From the IMG/VR virus record IMGVR_UViG_3300022602_000031, positions 96,001 to 160,000 of that record: DNA of 64,000 bases; one strand, given 5' to 3'. Origin of the DNA: a virus. Under the pieces are notes generated by a model that saw nothing but the letters and a program-made list of their open reading frames with translations, was not told the origin of the DNA and searched no databases. Both the position numbers and the translations under genes were made by a program. Positions 47,707-56,941 of this stretch are shown here, piece after piece. Each line of letters begins with the position of its first letter. Position 1 is the stretch's first letter.

Positions 47707-48138
47707 ATGACACTACCAAGTTCAGGACAGATATCATTTGGCGACATTGACAACGAAATTGGCGCGGCTAACCAATCGTTGAGTATGAGCTGGCTTGATA
47801 CTGTTACAAAAACTTCCGTTGGTGGTAGTGTTGTTGCTTTAAATGATTTAAATGATCTATACGGATTGGCCTACTATCAAAATAACGTGTGGAACGCAAA
47901 TTGTAATAATGATAATGCTTCCAGTCCTCCAAATTGTAACTGTGGCGATCATAATTGTAGTAATTGCGTAAATTGTAATGCTATTAATTGTGCCAATGGT
48001 GATAGCCAACCATATCTACAACCAAATTGTAACTGCTATCAAACCAATGGTTTAAATTGTACATTTAATTGTACTACTAATAGCACCACTGTTAATTGTA
48101 ATTGTAACTGTACTTTCTGTGCCTGCGCTTGCTGGTAA
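47707..48138 (+). CDS. Cys/Asn-rich RiPP-like precursor or modified virion protein
   Basis: 17 Cys in the C-terminal 78 aa, 14 of them in Asn-Cys dipeptides; ends CNCNCTFCACACW; directly upstream of a SPASM rSAM gene. Confidence 0.7.
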   Translation: MTLPSSGQISFGDIDNEIGAANQSLSMSWLDTVTKTSVGGSVVALNDLNDLYGLAYYQNNVWNANCNNDNASSPPNCNCGDHNCSNCVNCNAINCANGDSQPYLQPNCNCYQTNGLNCTFNCTTNSTTVNCNCNCTFCACACW

Positions 48139-48153
48139 AAATCTAAGGGTTCT

Positions 48154-49602
48154 ATGAAATTTGAAATATATGCGGAACGTAACGCTAAAGATACTGCTGT
48201 CTTTTATTACGACAATCAAACAAATGTATTAACTAATCAACAAGGCGAAGAATTCAAATTTCCTGAAATGCCTACGTTTGCTGAACAGCCAACCAAGCCT
48301 TTTAGCAAAGAAGATCCTTTGCGTAAAAGCCGAGATGTTAATATGATTAAAATACAACTTGGTTTAAGTTGTAATTACAGTTGCGATTACTGTAGTCAAA
48401 AGTTTGTCGAACGTCCTCCTGAAACTAGTAAGAAAGATATTGACGCCTTTATGGCCAAGTTGGATGTGCTCAACATCACAGAAGAACGTGGATTACGTGT
48501 AGAGTTTTGGGGCGGTGAGCCGTTTGTATATTGGAAAACTCTTAAACCTCTAGCCGAAGCATTTGCTGAAAGATACAGTCATTGGAAAAAGCGTCCACAG
48601 TTTAGTGTAGTTACCAATGGCAGTTTGCTTACACGTGAAATCTGTAGCTGGTTATACTATATGGGATTTGGTGTAGGTATCAGCCACGATGGTCCTGGAC
48701 AGGCAGTACGTGGTCCGGATCCTTTTGAAGATCCAGAACGTAAAAAAGTCATATTAGAATTTTACAAAATCATGGCGCCGCAGAATCGCATTAGTTTTAA
48801 TGCTATGATGAATCGTAACAATACTAGCCGTCGCGCAATTAAAGAATATTTTGTAGAGCTCACTGGAGATCCTAATGTTAAGATCGGCGAAGGTGGATTC
48901 ATTGATGCGTATGATCAAGACGGTGCTAACAGTAGTTTAAATACCTTAGACGAACATTTTGCCTATCGTCGACAAGCATTTAATGATTTGTATACCACAG
49001 GTAAGAATTTACATTTTGATACGGTTTATACTAAACTAGATGCTTTTATTAGTAGCTTACTAGCACATCGTCCAGCCGAACTAGTTGGACAAAAATGCGG
49101 TATGGAAGAACCTGGCACAGTTGCATTAGACTTAAAAGGTAATATTGTTACCTGTCAGAATGTCAGCGTAATGGAAACCAGCAAGAACGGCGAAGCTCAT
49201 TTGGGTGGTAACTTAGACGACTACGACAACGTAGCACTCAAAGGAGTTACACATTGGAAATCTCGTACAAATAAAGTAAATTGTGCTGACTGCCCTGTTC
49301 TTCATTTGTGTAAGGGTAGTTGTATGTACCTAGATGGTGAGTTTTGGGATATCACCTGTAACAATGCCTACTCTGATAATATTCCTTTGTTTGCTATGGT
49401 TCTGAATGTAGTTACCAATGGATATATTCCTGTTACTATCAAAGCCGAAGGCTTACCATTGGAGCGACAAGATATCTGGGGTACAGTATACAAACACGAA
49501 GAAACTACAAAGAAAAAAATTATCCCAATTAAAGTAATATCAGAAAAGATAGGTACACTGGATGATATCGAAGTGTACGGTAAATCAAGGGTTGAACTAT
49601 GA
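48154..49602 (+). CDS. Radical SAM/SPASM peptide-maturase-like enzyme
   Basis: CNYSCDYC; FWGGEP; SPASM CG...GNIVTC and CADCPVLHLCKGSC (CX2CX5CX3C); possible N-terminal RRE-like segment. Confidence 0.88.
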   Translation: MKFEIYAERNAKDTAVFYYDNQTNVLTNQQGEEFKFPEMPTFAEQPTKPFSKEDPLRKSRDVNMIKIQLGLSCNYSCDYCSQKFVERPPETSKKDIDAFMAKLDVLNITEERGLRVEFWGGEPFVYWKTLKPLAEAFAERYSHWKKRPQFSVVTNGSLLTREICSWLYYMGFGVGISHDGPGQAVRGPDPFEDPERKKVILEFYKIMAPQNRISFNAMMNRNNTSRRAIKEYFVELTGDPNVKIGEGGFIDAYDQDGANSSLNTLDEHFAYRRQAFNDLYTTGKNLHFDTVYTKLDAFISSLLAHRPAELVGQKCGMEEPGTVALDLKGNIVTCQNVSVMETSKNGEAHLGGNLDDYDNVALKGVTHWKSRTNKVNCADCPVLHLCKGSCMYLDGEFWDITCNNAYSDNIPLFAMVLNVVTNGYIPVTIKAEGLPLERQDIWGTVYKHEETTKKKIIPIKVISEKIGTLDDIEVYGKSRVEL

Positions 49603-49910
49603 CAAACATTAATACACCAGAAATACAGGCACTAGTTGATTACTTAAAATCTCATGTTGCTATTATAACAGACATTGATGTAGCGGCAGTAACTGATCCA
49701 GAATGGCTAGCCCACGCAAATTGTGATCGAGCTATTACTTTAAACGTCCATATGACATTCCAAAGCCCAACACAACCTGGAAGTATTTTCTTTGGAGTCC
49801 CGGCCGCATTGTACGATGATCCTGCTATGTATCCGTTAGTTTTACAAAACTTATATAACTTAATGAATGCCAAGCCTGGCACTATGAACTACGAAGATTT
49901 ACGTAACTAA
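49599..49910 (+). CDS. Hypothetical protein in the rSAM operon
   Basis: 103 aa; ATGA overlap with the rSAM gene. Confidence 0.6.
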   Translation: MTNINTPEIQALVDYLKSHVAIITDIDVAAVTDPEWLAHANCDRAITLNVHMTFQSPTQPGSIFFGVPAALYDDPAMYPLVLQNLYNLMNAKPGTMNYEDLRN

Positions 49911-49912
49911 CA

Positions 49913-50461
49913 ATGAACCTACAACCTTTATTTGCGACACCGCTATGGTCTACTACCTATGACGATGCCGATGAACTCAATCAAAAATTATTAATCGAAG
50001 GTGAATCATATGATTTTATGCAAGATTATTTTGATTTGCCCGGCGAAGGCATAGCCGAACTTAAAGAACGTATTACCAATGAACTAACTAGTATGGTCAA
50101 TGAATTAGCATGGCCTATTAGTAGTTTAACTTTTAGCGGTCGGCAAAATCCCATAGCCCCGGGCAACAATGACACACCACATCATCATCCAGATCACGAA
50201 TTAGTCGGTGTGTACTATGTAAAAGTACCTTCAGTCAGTGGAGACATACTACTACACGATCCGCGTGGTAGTGTTCCTAAGTTTTGGGAAGATCCAAACG
50301 CAGTAACAGAGTCAGAGTACCGTTCAGCAAGACCCTATCATCGCATAGAACCTGTACCAGGAATGTTATTATTTTTTCCTGGATATCTAATACACAGCGT
50401 AGAATTTAATCGTAGCAATGATCTACGTGTCAGTATAATTCTTAGCATAAACATAGACTAA
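49913..50461 (+). CDS. 2OG-Fe(II) oxygenase (TIGR02466-like)
   Basis: PLFATP...PHHHP...GVYYV...GDI...FPGYLIHSV...RVSI. Confidence 0.8.
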   Translation: MNLQPLFATPLWSTTYDDADELNQKLLIEGESYDFMQDYFDLPGEGIAELKERITNELTSMVNELAWPISSLTFSGRQNPIAPGNNDTPHHHPDHELVGVYYVKVPSVSGDILLHDPRGSVPKFWEDPNAVTESEYRSARPYHRIEPVPGMLLFFPGYLIHSVEFNRSNDLRVSIILSINID

Positions 50462-50462
50462 A

Positions 50463-51647
50463 ATGAAATCGATCACAGTAGTGGGTGGCGGTACCGCAGG
50501 GTGGCTTACCGCACTATACTCTCTACAGTTATTCCCCAATAGCAAAGTAACGGTTATCGCCAGTAGCGAAATTGGAGTACTAGGTGCTGGCGAAGGAACT
50601 ACTCCGGCATTTAACGAGTTTGTAGAAAATCTAGGCATCGATGTCAATGACATTATTAAAAAAGCCGCTGGTACAGTTAAAAGCGGTATTAGATTTACCA
50701 ACTGGAATGGTCCGGATACTGGTTACTATCATCCGTTTTGGGAAGGCCGTACAGCTCTACACTTTGATGCTAATTTATTAGCTAAATTTTTACAGGACAT
50801 TGCCATTGGTAGAGGCATACAACTAATTGATGATGTAATCGTCGGTGTTGATACCCGCAGTCTAACTCTACAGTCTGGTCAGATACACTCATATGATTTT
50901 ATATTTGACTGTTCGGGCTTCCGTCGTTTAATTATAGGGCAACACTATAACAGTACCTGGAATTCTTATAGTCGGTCATTGCCAGCCAAACGTGCTATGC
51001 CTTTCTTTATCCCACACAATGGCAACATACCTGAATATACTGAAAGTATAGCAATGAAGTATGGATGGGTATGGCGAATACCTGTACAAGGACGCTATGG
51101 TTGTGGTTATGTATTTGACAGCGATTACATCACCGACGCACAGGCCCTGGCAGAAATACAAGAAAGTTTTGGTCCAGTAACTAGTCCACGTACATTTAAC
51201 TTTGCGGCTGGAAGTTACAGCCAAACTTGGATCAACAATGCAGTTGCCATTGGCCTAAGTGCTGGATTTACTGAACCATTAGAAGCTACTAGTATATGGA
51301 CTGCTATTACTTCGCTACAACATTTTAAAGATAAAATAGATGGCATAGACAGACCTGAGATTAAAGAACTCTACAATCGTGATATAGAAAAACTAAATCA
51401 AGATTTCATGACATTTATACACTTTCATTATTTGTCACAGCGCAACGACAGTGAGTTTTGGCAAGAATTTGCTACAAAGAATACTACACCAGACTTTATA
51501 CAACGTATGGGGCGCCGCGCTCCTACACAACAAGAGTTAGATTATCTTTATCAGGTTGAAAATCCTGGCGAACTATACAAAATTAAAACATACCCAGTCA
51601 ACAGTTGGTTAGCAGTTGGCAACGGCATAGGATACTTTAATGGCTAA
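50463..51647 (+). CDS. Flavin-dependent tryptophan-halogenase-like enzyme
   Basis: VVGGGTAGW, GAGEGT, VKSGIRFTNW, FDCSGF, GWVWRIP, EPLEAT. Confidence 0.88.
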   Translation: MKSITVVGGGTAGWLTALYSLQLFPNSKVTVIASSEIGVLGAGEGTTPAFNEFVENLGIDVNDIIKKAAGTVKSGIRFTNWNGPDTGYYHPFWEGRTALHFDANLLAKFLQDIAIGRGIQLIDDVIVGVDTRSLTLQSGQIHSYDFIFDCSGFRRLIIGQHYNSTWNSYSRSLPAKRAMPFFIPHNGNIPEYTESIAMKYGWVWRIPVQGRYGCGYVFDSDYITDAQALAEIQESFGPVTSPRTFNFAAGSYSQTWINNAVAIGLSAGFTEPLEATSIWTAITSLQHFKDKIDGIDRPEIKELYNRDIEKLNQDFMTFIHFHYLSQRNDSEFWQEFATKNTTPDFIQRMGRRAPTQQELDYLYQVENPGELYKIKTYPVNSWLAVGNGIGYFNG

Positions 51648-53115
51648 CTGTATTATATTAGCCGGAGGAACCTGGGTACCTGACTACACTAGTAAAATAC
51701 AACGTGGGCTCGGTCCATATCGTATTGCTACAGCACTAGAAACAGCTGGATATACTGTACAGGTTATAGATTTTGTTATACATTTAACCACAGAAGAAAT
51801 TATACAGGCCATCAGTAAGCATCTAGGTCCCGATACACTATGGGTAGGATTTAGTAGCACATTCTTTTGGAATACCAATCAGGTCAATCCCGAGCAGTCT
51901 TGGTTAGATAGAATGTACTGGACAGACTACAGTAATGTAAAGCCTATTATTGATTATATAAAACAAACAAGCTCAGCTCGGTTAGTCTATGGAGGCGCCA
52001 AAACACCTTTTCTAGTAGGCACAGACAAAAATATTGATCATTATGTGGTTGGCTATGCTGATACAGCCATAGTTGAACTTACTCAATCTATAGAACGCAA
52101 GCAACCAGCAGAACTGGTAATAGACAGCACCGTATACCCAGCACCTAAAATGGACAGTTTAACTACTTGCTGGCATACAATATTACCTGGCGAAGGGTTG
52201 CCAATTGAACTAGCACGTGGTTGTATTTTTAAATGTAAATTTTGTAGTTATCCTTTGCTAGGAAAAAAGAAAGGAACCTATCTAATAGACACCAACTTGG
52301 TTAGAGATCAATTATTGGCCAACTACGAGCAACACGGAACAACTCGTTATTACATTACCGATGATACTTTTAACGATGACAATGACAAAATAGAAGCATT
52401 GCATCGTGTGTTTACTGATTTACCTTTTAAAATTCAATTTAGTTGTTATCTAAGATTAGACCTACTACATAAACATCCGCATCAGGCTGACCTGTTATCG
52501 GATATGGGACTGATAGGTACATACTTTGGTATTGAAAGTCTACTGCCAGAGAGTGCTAGAGCAATAGGCAAAGGCCTACACCCTAACAAAGTTAAGGATA
52601 GACTGTATTGGCTACAAGAACGTTGGCATCAACAGGTTAATGTTGCCGCAGGATTTATACTAGGACTACCATACGATACAACCGAGTACTTTGATAGTTT
52701 AATCAACTGGTGTATGGAAGCTGATAATCCATTACAACATATATCATTTTATGCGTTGATGTTTTATAACAAACAGATTAACGATGATGCCAGAGAAGAT
52801 AGGCTACGTCCTTATTATTCTGAGTTTACCTTACACCCAGAAATATACGGATATGAATTTGACAAAGACAGCATAATGAGCTGGAGCTTACCCAGTCAAC
52901 ATTTGAGTTATGATAAGTGTTTGTCTATTGCGGACTACTACAACGGCCTGGTTGCGGATCGCAACAAAATTAGCGATTTCCAGCTGATATCGCACTTAAA
53001 TATAGGTATACCGTTGGCAGATATGTACGAATTAACACAGCAAGAGATTAACCGCCGTTACGACATTAACCAACTAAATCAACAGCGTTTAATTGACTAT
53101 AAACAACTATTATGA
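51640..53115 (+). CDS. B12-binding-domain radical SAM enzyme (class B methyltransferase-like)
   Basis: N-terminal GPYRIATALE...WVGFSST...VYGG; ARGCIFKCKFC; DDTFN; FGIES. Confidence 0.8.
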   Translation: MANCIILAGGTWVPDYTSKIQRGLGPYRIATALETAGYTVQVIDFVIHLTTEEIIQAISKHLGPDTLWVGFSSTFFWNTNQVNPEQSWLDRMYWTDYSNVKPIIDYIKQTSSARLVYGGAKTPFLVGTDKNIDHYVVGYADTAIVELTQSIERKQPAELVIDSTVYPAPKMDSLTTCWHTILPGEGLPIELARGCIFKCKFCSYPLLGKKKGTYLIDTNLVRDQLLANYEQHGTTRYYITDDTFNDDNDKIEALHRVFTDLPFKIQFSCYLRLDLLHKHPHQADLLSDMGLIGTYFGIESLLPESARAIGKGLHPNKVKDRLYWLQERWHQQVNVAAGFILGLPYDTTEYFDSLINWCMEADNPLQHISFYALMFYNKQINDDAREDRLRPYYSEFTLHPEIYGYEFDKDSIMSWSLPSQHLSYDKCLSIADYYNGLVADRNKISDFQLISHLNIGIPLADMYELTQQEINRRYDINQLNQQRLIDYKQLL

Positions 53116-53762
53116 TTGTTGAAGAAATTTTTGGATCGCCAGTAATTACAGTACAATGCCCGGACAGCATTTACCATAATCCCGAGCTGACCAAAAGTGT
53201 AGAGCAGATATTGAATTTGCCCACTGTAAAAAATCGTTGGAGATCAGACACCGGGGACAGTCACAAAGGATCGGGGCTGACTACTGTAGGGCAACCATAC
53301 ATTGACCTGGCGTACTTGCCGGGTGCCAAACAGCTAACTGATTGGATTTCTGAACAGCTACTATTAGTTAAGCCCATAATGGCTCCCGGTAAAACAGGTT
53401 CCCACATACACTACAAACGCAGTTGGACTAATAGACTATATCGTGGTAGTCAAGGTATGTGCCACAATCATACCAGAGCTGATACTTATATACAAGAACG
53501 TGGTGATTATAATGAAGAAAATTTTTGTCCCGACGCTGTAGCAATTTTTTACGTTGATGTACCGGAGGGTAGCAGTCAGTTGGTATTGATCAACAACGGC
53601 ATTCCAGACTTACCGCATACAGCATTTACAGAAAAACATTTTATGACACACACCGCTGGACAATTAGTTATACACAGTCCACAGGTATGGCACGCGGTTA
53701 CTGAACATCAAAGTGATAGTCCTCGTAATGTCTACGTGTTTGATGCTGATTATGTTAACTAA
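53112..53762 (+). CDS. 2OG-Fe(II) oxygenase-like protein
   Basis: SWTN...CHNH...AIFYV...SPQVWHAV...R.VYVFD. Confidence 0.65.
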   Translation: MIVEEIFGSPVITVQCPDSIYHNPELTKSVEQILNLPTVKNRWRSDTGDSHKGSGLTTVGQPYIDLAYLPGAKQLTDWISEQLLLVKPIMAPGKTGSHIHYKRSWTNRLYRGSQGMCHNHTRADTYIQERGDYNEENFCPDAVAIFYVDVPEGSSQLVLINNGIPDLPHTAFTEKHFMTHTAGQLVIHSPQVWHAVTEHQSDSPRNVYVFDADYVN

Positions 53763-55023
53763 TTATTTTAATTCCGCCGTTGTTGCGTAAACTGTCAACA
53801 AATAGTAAGTTAATGTCGCAGTAATTATCCTGTATAAAGTTAGTAACGGCGTCTTTGTCTTGTGTAAGTGCGTGTAACATAAAATCACCACCTACAATTT
53901 CTATTGCGTAGTTTACAATGCCGGTAGAGTTTTCAAACGCCTGTTTAAAATCTCGTACACTGATTAAATTACCATTGTAGCGTATTAAGTTATATCGGCG
54001 TCCAAAGAACTGTAATTGATTGTTGGTATAACTTCCTCGATCGCTAGTAGTATACACTATGCCATCTGGTCTAGTAATGACTATAGAGTCTTGATTGTTT
54101 GTATGACAATGGTAGGCTACATTAACCCAGTCAAATGGTTTTGCCAGGTCCTCTGCGGTATGTATGTCCTTAATAGCCAATGGTGGCAAACATTCAGTTA
54201 ATCCATAGGTATCATACAAATGATCATAGCTACAAGACTGTTGTATATAGTCTAACAGAGTTGATTTAAATACATCTCCGCCGGTAGTGATCATTCTAAA
54301 ATGTCGTTGCGGTAACGGAAATAAATCTTTCATAGTATAGAAATACTGTATGTGTGTCGCTTGAACTGATTCTTCTGCCCAGGTATTAGTTCCAGCAATA
54401 CTTAAGGTTGTTGCACTAAACACCGCAGGTAAAATAGCAGTAGTGTGTACACCTTGATGACTCATTCCGTGTAAAAATACACAGTAATCTGTAGATTCAA
54501 AGAAATATTCTTGTGCTCGCTGTATACTAATTGCTTCTACATAAGCACTTAGACTTTCCAATTTGGGTCTATCGGTTGTGCCTGATGTATAAGCTGATAC
54601 TGTTTGTTCTTGTGTAAAATTTATAACAAGATCATCGCACATTGGCCAACGACCACTGGCCCAGGCGTGTTCCCAACTGTCGGTTCGGATATAATATTTT
54701 GGAATATTAACAAAATGTTGATCGTCTCTAGTGTCGCCAGCAACAAATATAGTGCTTAGATTTAGTTCTCGAAAGGTATTGCCATTGAGTTGATTGCCTA
54801 AGTTGCCTAAATGATGATAATCACGCCCACTACGGTATAAGGCCAGCAATAAAGCGATACAGCTAAAACTAAGACCAGAGTAGGCGATGCCAATTGGAGC
54901 AGGATCTTCTATTAAACTTATTTGATGCCGCCAGTAGCTAACAGCCTGCGCTAAATCCTGGCGAGTGTAACTGACACGATTGTACTTAATAATTAAGTTA
55001 GGGCTGACGTTGAGACTGATCAT
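53755..55023 (-). CDS. ANL-superfamily adenylate-forming enzyme (AMP-binding)
   Basis: YTSGTTDRPK, TGGD, YGLTE, TSDRG, FGRR. The start at 55023 or 55044 is uncertain. Confidence 0.75.
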   Translation of the reverse strand: MISLNVSPNLIIKYNRVSYTRQDLAQAVSYWRHQISLIEDPAPIGIAYSGLSFSCIALLLALYRSGRDYHHLGNLGNQLNGNTFRELNLSTIFVAGDTRDDQHFVNIPKYYIRTDSWEHAWASGRWPMCDDLVINFTQEQTVSAYTSGTTDRPKLESLSAYVEAISIQRAQEYFFESTDYCVFLHGMSHQGVHTTAILPAVFSATTLSIAGTNTWAEESVQATHIQYFYTMKDLFPLPQRHFRMITTGGDVFKSTLLDYIQQSCSYDHLYDTYGLTECLPPLAIKDIHTAEDLAKPFDWVNVAYHCHTNNQDSIVITRPDGIVYTTSDRGSYTNNQLQFFGRRYNLIRYNGNLISVRDFKQAFENSTGIVNYAIEIVGGDFMLHALTQDKDAVTNFIQDNYCDINLLFVDSLRNNGGIKIIS

Positions 55024-55207
55024 ACCGTTCCTGAGATTGGTCAAGCAATTCTTTTACTTTACGTTCGCTATAAGTGGCAAATACGCAAGGTAGTACAGCG
55101 TGTATGATACTGGCAATGCCGGCAATAATCAAAACGGTGCCAGCATACACAGCAAAACAAAAATGTCCTGTATAGGTATAGTTGCGATCTTTAAGGTGTT
55201 TGAACAT
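54998..55207 (-). CDS. Small membrane protein
   Basis: HLKDRNYTYTGHFCFA, a hydrophobic segment, then HAVLP. Confidence 0.55.
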   Translation of the reverse strand: MFKHLKDRNYTYTGHFCFAVYAGTVLIIAGIASIIHAVLPCVFATYSERKVKELLDQSQERYDQSQRQP

Positions 55208-56520
55208 TAATAAATTACCAACTTTCTGTCAATACAATGTATGATTTTAGTCTGGTCTTGTCGGGCCCGATTCCATACTGCGCCAGCATCCAAAGGGCTG
55301 TTAACTTCTATGTCGCTGTCTCCAAGGTAATAAAACGTACTTAAAAACGTTTTCATATCATATGGCTGTCTGTTGCGACTAGAAATATACTTTTGGTCTA
55401 AATTGTTTAGTACATAATCAATGCCGGCTTGCCAGGTAGTGTATAATCTAGTATCTTTAAAATTTGTAAAAAACCAGGTGTCCATTTCACATTGAAAATT
55501 TAATAAGGGTTTAGCTACTTGGAACGTATTGATATCGTAGTCAGGATAAATTATGCCACGTACTAACTGTTCATACATTTGTCGATTGCGTATATTGTCA
55601 TTGGGCCAACGTACAGCGTTTTGAAATTTGTTGTTGGCCGGCTGACTAAACCATTGTTTGACTACGTGTGCCTGTTTACATACTAGCTCAGGGAAATCTG
55701 GAGTCCAGTAAAACAACTCATTAGTGATATTGGTGTAGTCGCCTACATCATTGTTGTTATGACAGGCCAGTTGATCAATAAAGTACAACCAAAATTTGCC
55801 GTCTTTTAAACAAATTTTAGGTTTGTCTACTCCGTATATAACACCCACTTTTGTATAACGTTCAGCCTGTTCTCTATGATCGGCTAATGCTATTGTAGCG
55901 TGTTTGTATCCGTGGCCTGGCTGTAGATAATTTCTAGTTTTAAATATCCAAGATTCGTCCCGGCTGTCTGAGTCGGCTATCATGGCATCTGTGTAGTCAT
56001 ACACGGTAATTTTAATGTTTGGGTAATGAGTACTAATCCAGTTTAGTAAAGGGCGTGCCGCATATTCCCACTCGCTGAGTGTGTTTTCGCTGCCAGTGTT
56101 CCAAGGATCTGCGCTAACATCCTTTTCGCCACGCTTAGGATAACGAAATACTACTTCGTCAATTGGAATATTGTTTAACACAAAACTGTATAGTACTGTA
56201 GTACTGTCGGAACCGCCGCTGAGTTCAAGACGCAGGTAATCATATGTATCACGTAGTTGTTGTGCTCGCATACGATATAGTTCACGTAATTCAACTTTAG
56301 GCTCTTCGTGCCAGTTAAATTTTAAAAATGCTTCGTCGTTGAATCGCCATCTAACTGGATCGTTATTTAACTGGTGTGTATTAGCAGGTCCGCAACTGGC
56401 CGCAATTAAGGCCTGAACTTTATTGTAGTAAACGTGTTTGCCGAGTTGATAATATCCGAGTTTTTGGTTTGGCTCAAATTTAATACCACCTGCAGAGGTG
56501 TGTTCAATTTTAATTGACAT
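55207..56520 (-). CDS. PP-loop (N-type ATP pyrophosphatase) family protein, paralog 2
   Basis: LELSGGSDS; homologous to 40701-41849; minus-strand TAAATA at 56557-62. Confidence 0.6.
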   Translation of the reverse strand: MSIKIEHTSAGGIKFEPNQKLGYYQLGKHVYYNKVQALIAASCGPANTHQLNNDPVRWRFNDEAFLKFNWHEEPKVELRELYRMRAQQLRDTYDYLRLELSGGSDSTTVLYSFVLNNIPIDEVVFRYPKRGEKDVSADPWNTGSENTLSEWEYAARPLLNWISTHYPNIKITVYDYTDAMIADSDSRDESWIFKTRNYLQPGHGYKHATIALADHREQAERYTKVGVIYGVDKPKICLKDGKFWLYFIDQLACHNNNDVGDYTNITNELFYWTPDFPELVCKQAHVVKQWFSQPANNKFQNAVRWPNDNIRNRQMYEQLVRGIIYPDYDINTFQVAKPLLNFQCEMDTWFFTNFKDTRLYTTWQAGIDYVLNNLDQKYISSRNRQPYDMKTFLSTFYYLGDSDIEVNSPLDAGAVWNRARQDQTKIIHCIDRKLVIY

Positions 56521-56546
56521 AGTTGATTATAACAGATAAGTAAGTG

Positions 56547-56575
56547 TTGACGCAAGTATTTATTCAGCGTATAAT
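56547..56575 (+). promoter_or_regulatory. sigma70 promoter
   Basis: TTGACG(56547-52), 17 bp, TATAAT(56570-75). Confidence 0.8.
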
Positions 56576-56587
56576 ACACTGATAGAA

Positions 56588-56691
56588 TTGTCCGGCACAG
56601 GATCCGCAAGGACTGCAAAGTAGTATAGCTAGGATTTACTAGTGAACTGGAAAGGAACAGCCAGCTACGGACATCCGGGAGGACAACTCCC
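56588..56691 (+). ncRNA. Candidate c-di-GMP-I (GEMM)-like riboswitch / structured 5' leader
   Basis: TGTCC/GGACA closing stem, GGCACA...TCC-GCAA-GGA...GCAAAG, 3' ACAGCCAGCTAC; alternative GGGAG/CTCCC hairpin. Confidence 0.4.
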
Positions 56692-56711
56692 AACTAATTC
56701 AAGGAATGGAT

Positions 56712-56858
56712 ATGAACCAGAAAGACACGCTAGACAAAGCCTACGGTAGTATCCCGAAAGAAGTTGGATTCAGTATAGAACTGTTTGAATTCATTCCATT
56801 CCGTCGTCCTGTACGCTATTTTTGGCTTACCAGGATTGTAAGAAAGTTTTTTAGATAA
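56712..56858 (+). CDS. 48-aa hypothetical protein
   Basis: Translated by hand: MNQKDTLDKAYGSIPKEVGFSIELFEFIPFRRPVRYFWLTRIVRKFFR; SD AAGGA. Confidence 0.6.
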   Translation: MNQKDTLDKAYGSIPKEVGFSIELFEFIPFRRPVRYFWLTRIVRKFFR

Positions 56859-56863
56859 TCTAC

Positions 56864-56937
56864 CGCGGAGTATAGAAACGGTATCTTACCAGTCTCATAA
56901 GCTGGTGTTGGGGGTTCGATTCCCTCCTCCGCAACCA
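56864..56937 (+). tRNA. Initiator-like tRNA-fMet(CAT)
   Basis: C1/A72 mismatch, A11-U24, CCAGT-CTCATAA-GCTGG, CCA. Confidence 0.85.
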
Positions 56938-56941
56938 AACA

